A stretch of DNA of 64,000 nt, from positions 124,126,001-124,190,000 of the forward strand of contig NC_058368.1 of the NCBI RefSeq assembly GCF_018350175.1, read 5' to 3'. Below are positions 23,501-37,467 of this stretch, piece by piece. Source of the DNA: Felis catus (taxonomy: Eukaryota). The notes beneath the pieces were generated by a model that was not told the origin of the DNA, made no database searches, and saw only the letters and a program-made list of their open reading frames with translations. The position numbers and the translations under genes are program-made. Position 1 is the stretch's first letter. Every line of letters begins with the position of its first letter.

Positions 23501-25440
23501 GTTTGATAGAATTCTCCCATGAAGCCATTTGGTCCTGGGCTTTTGTTTGTTGGGAGTTTTTTTTGTTTGTTTGTTTTTTGTTTTGTTTTGTTTTGTTTTT
23601 TTAATTTTTTTTTTCCAACGTTTATTTATTTTTGGGACAGAGAGAGACAGAGCATGAACGGGGGAGGGGCAGAGAGAGAGGGAGACACAGAATCGGAAAC
23701 AGGCTCCAGGCTCTGAGCCATCAGCCCAGAGCCCGACGCGGGGCTCGAACTCACGGACCGCGATATCGTGACCTGGCTGAAGTCGGGCGCTTAACCGACT
23801 GCGCCACCCAGGCGCCCCTGTTTGTTTGTTTGTTTTTTTTTTTTTTTACTGGCTTAATTTCTTTGCTTGTTATCAGTCTGTTAAAATTTTTTTATTTATG
23901 CTTGTTTCAGTTTTGGTAGGTTATAGGTTTCTAGGAATTTGTCTATTTCTTCTAGGCTGTCCAATTTGTTGGCATATAGTTTTTAATAATCTATGACAAG
24001 CTTTGTATTTCTGTGGTGTTGGTTGTGGTCTCTCCTCTTTTATTTGTGGTTTTATTTATTTTACAAAGAACCAGCTCCTGGTTTCATTGGTCTGTTATTT
24101 TATTTTTTTTAATTTTCTATAGTATTTATTTCTGCTTGAATCTTTATTATTTCCTTCCTATTGCTGGCTTTAGGTTTTGTTTAGTTCTTTTTTCTAGCTC
24201 CTTTAGGTGTAAAGTTAGGTTGTTTATTTGAGATTTTTCTTCTTGTGCTAGGCCAGTGTTACTATAACCTTGCCTCTTGATTTGCTTTTGCTGTATTTTG
24301 TTCAAAGGTTTTGAGCCATTGTATTTTCATTTGTTTCCATGTACTTTTTTATTTCTTCTTTTATTTCCTGATTGACCCATTCATTGTTTAGTAGCATGTT
24401 CTTTAACTTGCATGTATTTGTGGTCTTGCTAGATTTTTTTCTTGTTCTTGACTTGTAGTTTCATAGTGTTGTGGTCAGAAAAGATGCCTACTATGACTTC
24501 AATCTTTTTTAATGTGTTGAGGCCTGTTTTGTGGCCTAATATGAGATCTGTTCTGGATAATGTTCCATGTGTACTTGCAAAGAGTATGTATTCCACTGTC
24601 AGGATGGAATGTTCTGAATATATCTTTAAATCCATCTGGTCTAATGTATCATTCACAGCCATTGTTTCTGTTGATTTTCTGCTTAGATGATCTATCCATT
24701 GATATAAGTGGGGTGTTAAAAGTCCCTTACCATTATTTTATTATTATGGATTATTTCCTTTATGTTTGTTACCTACTTTAATGTATTTGGCTGCTTCCAT
24801 GTTGGGTACTTAATATTTACAGTTGTTATATCTTCTTGTTGGACTGTCACTTTATAATTATATAGTGTCCTGCTTTGTCTCTTATTGCAATCTTTGTTTT
24901 GAAATCTCTGGGAAATGTGGTGTGAACAGGGGTTTTTGCTGGTCTTCTGGGGGCGGGGCTGCTGTATTGTGACTGAGGCAAGCATGACTGAGAAGGGCAG
25001 TCCCAGCAGAGCACACGGTCTGGTGCATGCAGGTGACTCTGTGTTTGTATTGAGGGGCAGAGGAAAGAAATGGTGCTGGCCAACTCCTTTGCTCCTGGAG
25101 AGGTGTCTCTGTGAACTCTGGTCCTCAGAGACATGCTCAGAGAAGAGCTAATAATCTCCCCATTCTGTACCAGGTATTTTTCAGATCGCTGATTCCAGGC
25201 TGTCTGCCCCAGGATTGTTTGCCTGCCTTCTCTCCAGGAGGAGCGCAATGCCCTTCTAGGTTTATTCTAGCCAAGCCAGCTGACCTTTAAAACTCTAGGC
25301 TTTAAGCCCTGATGGTTATAACTCAAGAAATTCAGCCCCTTTCTTTTTCCAAGCCAATGGCTTTGGGGACACATTCTCCTTGTGTGTTCCTATGTGTGCT
25401 CCTCTAGCTCTTGCCCTTCTCTGTGACCCTGGTTCCCTCC
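20550..25440 (-). mobile_element. Carnivore L1: 3'UTR and degenerate ORF2 joined directly to a 5'UTR-like segment (ORF1 absent); contains Can-SINEs at about 21072-21294 and 23583-23818
   Basis: Many L1 ORF2 peptides in the ORF track ([35 protein letters not shown]); SINE TSD ATACCACATCTTCTTT at 21056 and 21296. Confidence 0.9.
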
Positions 25441-25459
25441 TTTGGGAAGGAAGATAGTT

Positions 25460-28400
25460 CCCTATCTATTTGTCTCCAGATATTTTTTTATTTCCTTTTT
25501 AATTTTTTCATTGACCATTGGTTATTTAGTAGCATATTATTTAGCTTCCATATACTTGTGTTTTTTTCTTTGTTTTTCTTGTAATTATTTCTAGTTGGTT
25601 CATACCATTGTGGTTGGAAAAAAAATGCTTGATATCATTTCAGTCTGCTTAAATTTATTGAGACTTGTTATATGGCCTAACATATGATTTATCCTGGAAA
25701 ATGTTCCATATGCTTTTGATCAGAATGTGTACTATGCTGTTTTTGGATGCATTGTTCTGTATATGTGTTAGATCCATCTAGTATAACTTGTCATTCAAAG
25801 CCACTGTTTTCTTATTGATTTTTCTATCTGAATGTTAGTGAGTAAAAATCCACTTCTGTACTACTGTCACTTTCTCCCTTTATGTCTACTTCTTTTCTGT
25901 ATTTAAGTGCTCCTCTGTTGGGTATATAGACACTTAAAAGTATTATATCCTCTTGTTGGATTGATCCCCTTATCATTATGCAATGCCCTTTATTGTCTAT
26001 TTTTACAGTCTTTGTTTTAAAGTCCATTTGTCTGATATAAGTCTTGATACCCCAGCATTTTTTTTTTTCAATTTGAATAAAATATCTTTTTCCTTTCCTT
26101 CACTTTTAGTCTTTATTTGTCTTTAGGTCTAAAGTGAGTTTCTTGTAGGCAGCATATCGGTGGGCTTTTTTTTTTTTAAATCCATTCTATCAATCTGTGT
26201 CTTTTGACTGTGACTGGAGTATTTACACCATTTACGTTTAAAGTAATCATTAATTGTTATGCACTTACTGCCATTTCGTTAATTGTTTTCTGGTTGTTTT
26301 TGTAGTTCTGTTCAATGTCCCTCTTTTCTCTCTTAATTTGTGATCGATAACTATCTGCAGTGTTATTCTTGGCTTTCTTTTTATTTTGTGTATCTGTTTA
26401 CAGGTTTGTTTTGTAGTTAACCATGTTCATATATTACGTCCTAAGTGTATAAGATGTCTATATTAAGTTGATGGTCACTTAAATTTGAACACATTATGAA
26501 AGCAATACATTTTTACTCCTCTCTCTCCACACTATTTGTGTAGAATATCACATTACATACTTTTGTTGAATCTCCCGATTTTTTTTGAAAAATTGATTTT
26601 ACTATTTTTATATTTTAACCTTCATACTAGCCTTATTAGTAATCAGTCTTCTACCTTTATCATATATTTGTATTTCCCAGTGAAGTTTTTTCCTTTCATA
26701 ATTTTCTTAATTCTAATTAGGGTTGTTTCTTTTTGGTTAAAGTAGTCCATTTATAGTTCTTAGAAGGCTTGTCTAGTGGTGATGAATGAACTCCTTTAAC
26801 TTTTGTTTGTCTGGGAAACTATCTGTCCTTCAATTTTGAATGACCCTCTTGCCAGTTAGACTATTCTTGGTTGTTGGTTTTTGCCTTTTGCATTTTGAAT
26901 ATATCATGCTACTCTGTTCTGGACTGAAAAATTTCTGCTGAAAAATCAGCAGACAGCCTTCTGGGGCTTCCCTTGTACATGACCAGTTGCTTTTCTCTTG
27001 ATTTTAAGATTTTCTTTCTTTAATTTGTACCATTTTAATGTTAATGTGTCTTGGTGTCACTCTTCTTGGGTTCATCTTGTTTGGGGCTCACTGTCCTTCT
27101 TGTATCTGAATGTCTGTTTCCTTCCCTAGATTAGGGAAGTTTTCAGCTATTATTTTTTTCAAATAAGTTTTCTGCCCCTTTGTCTTTTTCTTCTCCCTCT
27201 GGGACCCCTATAATGTGAATGTTTACTTGCTTGATACTGTCCCAGAGTTCCTTTACTCTGTCATCATTTTTTAAAATTCTTTTTTTTTAATTTTTTACCA
27301 TTTAGCTTAGGTGCTTTCTACTATTCCCTATTTTTCAGGTTACTCATCTGTTCTGCATTTTATAATCGCTGTTGATTCATTTTAGTGCATTCTTCATTTC
27401 AGTTACTATATTCTTTAACACTGGATGGTTCTTTTTTATATTTTCTATCCCTTTTTTGAAGTTCTCACTGAGATCATCCACTCTTCTCTCAAGTTGAGCA
27501 AGTATCTTTATGACCATACTTTCAACTCTTTGTCAGGTAGATTGTTTATCTCCATTTCATTGAGTTCTTTTTCTGAAGTTTTTTTGTTGTTCTTTTGTTT
27601 GTAGCTTATTTCTCTGTCTCTTCATTTTGTTTGACTTTGTTCCTATGAAATAGGTGAAACATCTGCCTCTTTGTCTTGAAGGATTGGGCTTGTGTAGGAA
27701 TTCCCTTGTGTAGACTGCATATGCCTGGCAGCTTTGGTTGATTGGCTGGATCTAGGCAAATGTGGGCCAGGGTCCTGGGTCTCTCCATGCTGGGACCACC
27801 CTGCTAGGATGACAAGAGCTATAACCAAGCATGGGCTGAGGCATTCCTCATAGGGGCTGTTATGTTCAGATGGCTGGAGCTGGAATGGGTGTGACCTGGC
27901 AGATCCTAGGGTGCTCCATGCCAGGCCCACCTGAGAAGGATGGCTGGGGACACGGCAGGCACTGGCCAAGGCCCTTTTTGCGAGACACCTGGAAGGATGG
28001 ATGGAGTTCTAGTGGGTGTAGGCTGAAGATTTCCCACTGTGTACCTGCACCAGGGCAGCCTTAGTGGGATGGCTACAGCTTGGTGGTATGGGTGAGGGTG
28101 TTGCCTTGAGGAGATGGCTGGGGCTGGTATGGGCTAAGCGACTGGAGCTCACTGAGGCAGAAAGCTAGCTAGAGTGCTTGGACCTTACTTCCATCTGCAT
28201 TGTCAAGGTGGAGGGGAAATGTAAACAGTATGCTCACCAGCACCTCCAACTCTGAAGAAAGTTGCAGCAGCTCTCACACTATTTAGAGGATGATCCAGGA
28301 TTGTAAACTGGTTTCCTTCACTTATACTGTACTTGCCCTTTAAACACGTTTGTTTGTTTGTTTGTTTGTTTGTTTGTTTGTTTGTTTGTTGTGCCCCAGG

Positions 28401-28600
28401 TCAGATGAATCTGTGTGTGAGCCCCTCAGTGATATCTCTCCCTACTGCACTTTGTGGCATTGGGGCTGGGGGTACTGTCATTATTGTGTCCCATGTCTCC
28501 TATTGCTCTCTGTGTAGTCTCTCTGTCCTTTGTTATACAGAAGCTGTTCATTCAGCCCTGAGTTCTTAGGGAGAAGTTGCTCTATATATGTGTATATTTG
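25460..28600 (-). mobile_element. Second, older L1: ORF2 endonuclease region, ORF1 remnant and 5' region
   Basis: MDFKTKTVKIDNKGHCIMIRGSIQQEDI peptide; ORF1-like antisense sequence at about 26760-27600. Confidence 0.8.
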
Positions 28601-28659
28601 GCAAGTCTGTTGGAGGAGGTCAAGGTCTTGTTACACTGGCATCTTGGACCCTTCTTAAT

Positions 28660-29845
28660 ATGGACACTAACAATATTCTTCCAATCCATGAGCGTAGAAT
28701 ATCTTTCCATTTATTTGTGTCTTCTGTATCTTTCATCAGTGTGTTACAGTTTTCATAGCATAGGTCTTACAGCTCTTTGGTTAAATTTATTTATAGCAAT
28801 TGTAAATGGAATTATTTTCTTAATTTCTTCTAGTTTGTTATTAGTGTGTAGGCATGCAACAGATTTTTTAGATTGATTTTTGTATACTGTAGCTTTGCTC
28901 AATATGTTTAAGAGTTTTTTGATAGTCTTTAAGGTTTTCTTTATATAGATTTATGTCATCTCAAATAGTGATGGTTTTACTTCTTACTTTTTTATTTGAA
29001 TGCCTTTGATTTCTTTTTCTTGCCTAATTGTTCTGGCTAGGACTTCCAGTACCTTTTGAATAAAAATGGCAAGAGTGGACATCCTTGTCTTATTCCTGAA
29101 GAAAAAAAAAACTTTCACATTTTCACTGTTGAGTATGATATTAGCTGGGGACTTGTCATATATGGCCTTAATTATTTTGAGGTATGTTCCCTCTATTCCT
29201 ATTTGTTGAGAGTTTCTTTTAAGTAGATGTTGACTTTTGTCAAAATATTGATCCTTCTGGCATCTCTGGATGCCCACTCAATCCCACTCAATCATGGTGT
29301 ATGATTTTTTAATGTATTATTAAATTCAATTTGGTAATATTTTATTGAAGATATTTTAAAAATTTTTATTTAAATTCAACTTAATATGCTAATTCACCAT
29401 CTCTCCCATTCAAGGACTACCCAGGCTGGACCCTGTTTAGCTTCTGAGATCAGACAAGATTGGGCTCATTCAAGGTGGCATAGCTACAGACTTGTGGGGG
29501 ATTTTTGTATCTATGTTCATCAGGGATATTGGCCTGTAATTTTCTTGTAATGTTGTCATGTGGTTTTGGTTTCAGGGTAATACTGGCCTAGTGAAATAAG
29601 TTTGGAAGTGCTCCCTCCTCTTCTGAGAAGGATTGGTATTCTTTGAATGATTTATAAGATTTATTAGGGAAGCCATCTTGTCCTGGACTTGAGTGTTTTG
29701 GGAGGTTTTTGATTACGGACTCAATCTTCTTACTACGAATCAGTCTGTTAAGATTTTCTCTTCGTGATTTGGTCTTGGTAGGTTTTATGTTTCTAGGAAT
29801 TTATCCGTGTCTTATATGTTGTCCAATTGGTTGGTATATGCTTAT
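28660..29845 (-). mobile_element. Third L1 fragment (ORF2 RT region)
   Basis: GIEGTYLKIIKAIYDK...VLEVLARTIRQEKEIKGIQI peptide. Confidence 0.88.
29402..29491 (-). pseudogene. 5S rRNA retropseudogene (nt 1 to about 90, 3'-truncated)
   Basis: The reverse complement GTCTGTAGCTATGCCACCTTGAATGAGCCCAATCTTGTCTGATCTCAGAAGCTAAACAGGGTCCAGCCTGGGTAGTCCTTGAATGGGAGA aligns colinearly to vertebrate 5S, with CpG decay. Confidence 0.92.
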
Positions 29846-32800
29846 TGTTATTATAGATAAGGTAAATGAGGGTTGTAGAAGTGGTACAAAGTTAGTGTGC
29901 CTCTGAAGCCCATGCTGATTCTAATGGATCTTGCATCATTTGTTCATTTCTGTGTGGGTCTATCTGTGTAACTGGGGATGGCTAAATTTGGGTGTGGTGT
30001 GAACCTGGCTGTTACTGAAAGCCTGGGGAGCAGCTAGGCAGGCGTCCCACATTTTCCTCTCTCCTATCACTACCATCTTCCTTGATGCTTTCCACAAACA
30101 ACTTCAGATGAGGCCTGTGGTCTCAGAGCAGTGTTCTTGAAGGTTATGCAGTTAACACTGGAACATAGGAAGGAGGGATAAAGGCAGATAGTGATTGGGC
30201 AGGGGTATTGAATACAATTGTCTTAAAAAAGGAAATGAGCTTTTTATTAGCTCTTTGCCATTAGTGGTTGCCTGTAGACACCTTTGGGTGAAAGTGAGGT
30301 GTCATCTCACCTTTGTGAGGTTCCCTATCTAGTCACACCCAGGAAACCCTTCCTGCCTGTTGGCTTCATCCTCCCCAACTAGTGGGAACAGCCAGAGCTA
30401 TGGCATAGACATAAAACCCCTGAAATAAAAAAAAATTGACTCCCCAAGACAGAAACCTGCCGGTACTAAAGAGGGGAGACAGGGCTTGGTGTCATAAGCC
30501 AGGGACCTAGAGCCTTAGGCTTCCCTCATTATCTTCAGTATGTTTCTCTTTAGACACATCATCCATAGCGTTAAAAGGACTGCAACCTGTCCTTCACCTC
30601 CTTGGCTCATTTACCCAGATGTACTTCCTTTCCCTCTTTTCTGCTAGGCAATGTGGCTTCTGGGATGTTTCATGAGCTGTCTTTGCCTTCTTGTTGTTCT
30701 CCAGGACTAAGCCCCTGTCATTCTTCATCAGCATCAATGAAATTTTCCATAACAGTTTCCCATCCCAAGCTTTACCCTCTCTTGTCCATTCCTTGGTCAA
30801 ATGCTAGAATAATCTCCTCACAGTAATTCCACTTTACCAGTTGGGGAGCCTGAAATGCTCCCAGTCTCATGTGATGACAGAAAAGCCAGAGCTATCAAGC
30901 AGGGCAGTGACAAGGGAGACACCTGTTCAGGCCCAGGATCACGTACGTGCACTGAATGCCTCTTTTACTTACATGTCACGATGGCCTCCTTTTAGCCCCA
31001 GGCCTGTCACCAACTCCTGTCTTTCCTACTCAGTTTATTTCTAACTCTTTGTGCTGTGGGAGGCCCTAGGCAGGCTGTCTGATATCTTGAAATCCTGACA
31101 CTTGGATTATGGCATCAGGAGAGACTCTCACCTGCAGAATTATTTGCACAGAGCCTTGTTGCTTGGAAATGGGACTGGTTTGCTTTCCATGATTCTGTTG
31201 GAGAAGAGAGAATCCTGTTCAAATTTTGCTTCAAATTCAGTAAAAAAATTTTGCAGGTAGGTACCAGTCTTGAACCTTCCTCCATTGAGGTTAGAGATCT
31301 GTGATTACAAGGCATTCCTGTTTCTGTCCTGGGAGTAGAAAAAGTGCAGGATAATCTCTCCCTCACATGTGACTCTGGACTGAAGATCAGTTTGACTGTG
31401 GCCAGCTTGGGAGTAATGGAGATATGACAATAAGGGTCTTTGATTGCTTGAGAAAATCACATTTTGGCTGTCAGCAGGAAGTAGGGCCCACAATAATACC
31501 TGCATGCTAGAGAGGTCAACAAAATTCCTTTTGTCCAGCTTTGAAATTTAAATCTTACATGACAGAAAGATTTATAGTCGAGTCTGACCGTAGCAGTGAG
31601 GCAGCATTACCTTGAGAACAGTGTGCATATACGTGTCCCTCTCTAACTCGTCCATGCCCATAACTTCTTCAGAGTTTTATAGGAAGTTTTTTTCTTCCAG
31701 GAAGGCATGCCTGATGAACAGATTTTTGCCTGAATATAAAATGAGTGTTTTCCTGAAAATAATTTCCCAGAAAAGTGTCTCTTATTACAGATTATCTCTC
31801 AATTACTTTGAAAATAAGAGTGTTTGGGAAAGACCCATTCACCAAAATGACCTCAATCATGCTTAGTTCGGGAGTTTTGGTGGAGATCACAGGAAGAATT
31901 GCCATGAAAGGAGCCAGAAGCAAACCCCAAAGATTGAGTAATTACTCTTTTGGTATGATATCACTATTAAATATATTTGATTTAAATTTAAACAAGTTTA
32001 TTAAAGACCCTTTTAAAAAGCAAATGGTAAGCAGTTACCTTACGGAGATGATACATATGCACATCTGAGATAATTGGGTAACTTAATATTAACACAAGTG
32101 GAAACTTAAGACTTAGCAAACTGTTTCCAATGACAGCGTCATCACTCTGTGTCTCAGACAACTAAGTGGAAGTGACAAGGATTAGCCCTGGAAAACCATG
32201 CTGATGATTCAAAAAGAGTTACTGGTGATGACAAGGAAAACTATTATCCATGAGCATGCAAAGATGTGGATAGAGTTATTTTATGAGTGAAAAAGTCAAT
32301 ATTTTATATTCCTGTTTTGGATATTGTCTTATTTAAAATAGCAACTATAGGTAGACATCCAGCTCTTTAATCAACATTTATAAAATTTATACATTCATGT
32401 TCAAAAATTTTCTTTAGATCTCACTGAAAAATAGGGAGATCACTCCGTATTTGGGGCTACACTATATTCAAGCCCTGAGGTAACTAAGAACCTGGTTTAC
32501 TCAACCCCACTTACTCTTTTTTAAGGCTAAGGCTAACCCTAAGTGTTTATTTCATCTTCCTCTCCAGAAAATAATTTCTTAGGACAGGGCTATTGTCTTT
32601 TTCTGCTGTAACCCTTCCAAATTGAGTTTTTCCCTCTTGTGGTGTGGGAACATTCACTTGTCTGTTTTCTCATGGTCCTTGTCTGTGGAATGAGGAGATA
32701 GAACAAGATGTTTATAAGGGTCCATCTTGAGGTTTTGTTTTTCAACTCGCTGACTGTATATGTTACTTTAAAAAAGTTTTTAAGCCCTTGGTGGATAAGA

Positions 32801-34221
32801 ATGGGAATTAGGAGATGCTTTCATGTTGGAGGTAGAGAAGAGGGCAAATCTCAACCCGAGACAGGTGGTAAAAAAAAAAAAAAAATCATTAACAAATTTG
32901 GAAATCTCTTCTACTCATGCCCTCATTTCTTCTTCTAAGCAAGATTTACCAAGCACCTATATCTCCCTAGCATACTAGGTGCCAGAGACTCAGAGATGAA
33001 AACAAACAAAAAAACAGGGAACCTTCCTCCAGGGGATGTGGATCCTAGGTCAGAGAGAGACAAAAACTGGCCATCAGTGTGGTCTCAGGAAACAGAAGGC
33101 CCTTAAGTCTGGGAAGAAGGAAGAGATGAACAAATGGTCTCACTCAGGAGGATCCGTTTGAGTCTCTTCTTCATTAAGAAGAATTTTCTCACTAAGCAAA
33201 GGACTGGAACTAGAACATTTGAGAAGAAATCACAGGCTGGGAGGTAAGAGAAAACAGTGTGTTCCAGCAACTGGAGAGTGTATATCTCGAGAAGAGCCTA
33301 CATGAAGCTGGAAATAGAGGCCCGGCCGACCAGGTAAGAGGATGGAGCCAGAAAACCAAATGTTGGCCATTGGGTCAGAATAGTTGGACAGCAGCAAGCC
33401 TTTCATGTTGCCAGTGATGCCCCCTAGTGGATCGGCAGGAGATGGATGGGAGCAGCTGGAAGCCACCCTGAAGGAGAGGCCCCAGAGGTAAACAAATGCG
33501 GATGGTTATGTGCACATGGTGGCTGATGTGGGCAGTCTATAGCAGAATGGCGTGGGATAGGAGGAGGGTGAGCTGAGCACCCAGGAAAGGTGTCCTGTCT
33601 CCTTTTGTCACTAGCTGCAGGGGGCCAGATTCCACCATTGGATGACTTTTTCTTTGGCCACATGAAACTGTAGTTTTGTTAAAATGCATTCTGCTGAGGA
33701 AAGAGGGACACATGTCCCTCCCATTTGTTTCGTTTCATTTCATTTCCTTTCATAAGTTTTTATTTAAATTCCAGTACATTGATCTCCCTTTTAGGTATTG
33801 CTTTATGGGCTTAGAGCAAATGCATGAGCAGGGAGTGGGGGAAGGCTGGCTTCAGAGCTAACTCAGATGAGGACTTAAAGGGATCCTGATTGAGAAACAT
33901 TGCTCTAGGCTAAGGGCTGGGGAGGGGGAAGCTTGAGGGCGATAGTTGGTGATGAGAAGGCAGGGATGAGGAAAAGGGAGAGAAACTCACAAGAGTTAGC
34001 AAGGTTTAAGAAGCAAGTGAGTCACTGTGCAAGCCAGCCACGGGCATGCTGATCATCAAGGTTTTCACTAAAAGCATTTGGGGACAGTTGGTATACACAG
34101 CAAAGAATCTGGGCTTTGGGGTCAGTTAGAGTTGGGACCCCATTCTGCTTTTTGTCTAGCATACAACCCTGAGCAAGTTGTTAAACCTGAGACTGTGTCT
34201 GTCAAAAATGTTGATACTTAC

Positions 34222-34428
34222 CTTTTTTTTTTAATGTTTACTTTTGAGAGAGCACGCATGCCTGAAAGGGGGGAAGAGCAGAGAGAGAAGGAGACACAGA
34301 ATCTGAAGCAGGCTCCAGGCTCTGAACTGTCAGCCATGAGCCCGATGTGGGGCCCGAACCCATAAACCGTGAGATCATGACCTGAGCTGCAGTCAGATGC
34401 TTAACCCACTTAGCCACCCAGGTGCTCC
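34222..34428 (-). mobile_element. Can-SINE within a MIR remnant
   Basis: Reverse SINE head; MIR-like flanks at about 34080-34540. Confidence 0.85.
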
Positions 34429-36610
34429 TTACCTTGTGAGAGTTTTTAAGGATTTAATGACCCCAAATGAGTATTTTATAGATGGTATGTATTTGATCGA
34501 GTTTATATGCCCGCAGCAGCCTGTGGCACAGTAGGTAATGAGAAATGTCTTGGGTGTGCAGGGAATGTGCACCCCAGCAACATGAGGAGCCAACGATTTC
34601 TAGTCAAAATTGTAAATTTGGAAGTTTGAATTTTTCATGGGTCGTTTTCTAGGCTCTGATTTCAGCTGGGTAGCCTAGGTGTTTGTAAGTCTAGATTGAA
34701 GAAGGGGCCAAATCCACAGTGACTAAAGAGTGACTGCCCTTTTCATTCTTTGAATGCTCATGCTGAATTAGGTTTTCTGTTATGAGAATCTCAGTGCCTT
34801 TGAGTGCCTTTTTACTTAAATATTGCTTTAGGCCATTAATTTAAAGACATGATCCCCTTCGTGGAAGCTTACAGAACCAAATTCCAGAGAAATTTGTATT
34901 CATTCATTTAAAAGCTATCACTGAACAATAGGCTTCTCCTGAATTTAGCCAAAACTGCATGGAAAAGTGTTTCCTATACGGACAGGATTCAAATGTACTT
35001 ACTGGTTGTAGCACGGACAATTCATTAAGATGGTCCTAGCAAAGGGTGTCCAGTCTGAGTCCAAAGGTAGGTCTCTTGGGGAAAAATTGATGGCTGGGTT
35101 ACTCTGCCTACTCTGTCTCTAAAGGATTGTATACAGCCCTGGATAAGGCGGTGGGAGAGACACTTCATCTGAGGTAGTTTTTTTTTTCCCCTGTTACTTT
35201 TGTGTGTGAGGATTCCTACTATATATTCCATCATGTTATACCAGTAAGATTCCAGTTTCATACAAATGCATAAGTGGATACAGAAATACCATTAAGTGGG
35301 AGAGAATTCTCACTAAAACATGTTCAGGAATAATACCCTTCTAGTTAGACCTTTCTGGCATGTTGACATAACCATAGTGACAAAGGATAAATGTAAAAGA
35401 ATCAGATTTTGAATGTCCACAGATTTCTGAAACCAAGCTATGCCACATCATTTGTTTAAAATCCGTAACAGTTGGGAGAGAATAATTATAAAAATAAATG
35501 TTGAACTTTGAATTTAAAGACCTATTTTTCTCCTCAGTGGACATAGAACCATTTTAAGCTATTGAGACTCCAAGCAGCAACAGGAACGAGGGCCTGGATT
35601 TGGTGGCTTGCACTTCCCTCTGCTTCCCTGCACTCTCTTCTTTTTCTACCTCTGTTCAGCTTTCATCCTGCTCTTCTGCTTACTTGGACTAACTAGCCAA
35701 AGCATAGGACTTAAATGTGTATGTAAAAGTGCATTCACAGTTGTACTAAGTTTTAGATTTGTATTTTGAAGCTGGAAGGCGTGTTTTATATTAACTTTAA
35801 AGAGAAAAAAGCTTAAACCAAAAGTTAAAGTTGTTTTCTGCCCCTGGGCTAGGGAAACAATGCTTTGAGGTAACTCTTTCTGGAAGCAGGATGTGTTGGA
35901 TGCATAATATAAATTAGGATAAGACAAAAGGTACCACAAAGAAGTCAGGCTGAGCCGGGTAGAGCCAAATGAAGGATTTTAAACAAAGGAACACTTAGCT
36001 CAAAGCCAAGATATTCTTTCTGTAACCTATAGTACGCACATGAAAGGATGAAGTTAAGGGGTGAAGATGTACAAATCTAATTGTCCAGATTTTCTTCCAA
36101 GTGGAACTGTTCACTTAGTTTCACATACTACTACTCAGCAATCTTGGGATGGCAGTGTGATGTATGTCTGCTGGCTTCAGGCCTCATTGTTAATAAGGAT
36201 GAGACTCCAGCAGTGTGGCTACAGACTGGCCACTAGATGGCACATTACCTCTGTACTTGGTTGGTCCCTGGCACCCTAGTAGAAAACAAAACAAAACAAA
36301 AAACAACCACTGGGAGGTGGCAGGATATTGGGATTCCAGAACTCATCTTGGAAAATTCATTTACCAGTTTTCCAAATTTACAATCTCTCAGTCCATACTT
36401 TGTTACTAAGACCAAGACAGTGTATCAATTTTCTTCTAAAACCTATTCCATTATGCTAAATGAACATTTAAAAAGCCACAGAACCCTCTGAAGGCATCTA
36501 GTTTACACTAAGACCCTAGAGCAGTAGTGACAAATACTGGTATCTCAAACATTATGTGTAATGACATCCAACTGTAGTGATCATACACAGAAAAAAAATT
36601 TAAACAAGAA

Positions 36611-36616
36611 TTTATT
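36611..36616 (-). terminator. Candidate distal IL6ST polyA signal
   Basis: AATAAA on - followed by a U-rich/GU-rich stretch (TTCTTGTTTAAATTTTTTTTCTGTGT). Confidence 0.55.
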
Positions 36617-37467
36617 TCTTAAATTTACTTAAAGGATTAGAGCGGATACATAGGCAACGTTTACAATAACATTTAGAGTTATGTCAACATAAGACCGATA
36701 GCTATGGTAACAATTAGCACATGCAATTCACTGTAGAGGTAAAAATACTTACTCTCTCTAGACAAGCCTTCTACACGAAGGTAGACTACGTAGGGGTAAA
36801 AGAGCAAGTGAACTTGAGAGGATTGCACTTACAAGTAAAAGGGACATAGCTAAGATATAAAGAGGATACATACCTAATGCTAATCACTGTATTGTAGTAC
36901 TAGCAAATTGCACACTTACTTAGAGTATATTCAATAAACATGTTAAGACTAAAGGATTTTCAAATAACTGCCTTTAAAGTAACCATCTGACATCACATTT
37001 TGGTATTCATGTTACACCACTTGAAACATGTAGTTACCATTCAGACAAAACTGGTCTTTAAGGGATAAAAGATGTAGAACGTTTCTCTCCATGGTCTTCA
37101 ATGCATTTTCATCATTAACTTTAAAGCACTTGGTAATGAAGTTAAACTAGCCCACCTGAAGGAGCTACCGATGATGGCAAAAAGCTCTTAAAAATTTAGG
37201 AACAAATGGACAACACAAGAGCTCATCCCAGGTGGTCTTTTTTCTTTTTAACGAAGTGTATAGTAGAATATCACACTACTGCATAATAGTAGCACATACA
37301 AAAAAAAGATTAATCCAAAAGACAGTACATTTGGCTCTAGAAAGTTGTTTTGACTTGCATCCGAATTCTGTTTATAAATATTCTGAAAAGGAACTGCTGT
37401 CAAAGACCAGTTGCTACTTTATACCTTCTTTTAAAAATAAAATTGGGTCATTGTCATGGATTTCAAA

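Noticed and set aside
29402..29491. Functional 5S rRNA gene
   Set aside because: 3'-truncated, many substitutions with CpG decay, and embedded in L1.
20550..29845. Possible active L1 / reverse-transcriptase system
   Set aside because: ORF2 is broken into many short frames with stops, deletions and SINE insertions.
18310..36590. Overlap of the convergent 3'UTRs, or an intervening coding gene
   Set aside because: The inferred 3' ends are about 18 kb apart, and no spliceable ORF chain with recognisable homology was found. A lncRNA cannot be excluded from sequence alone.
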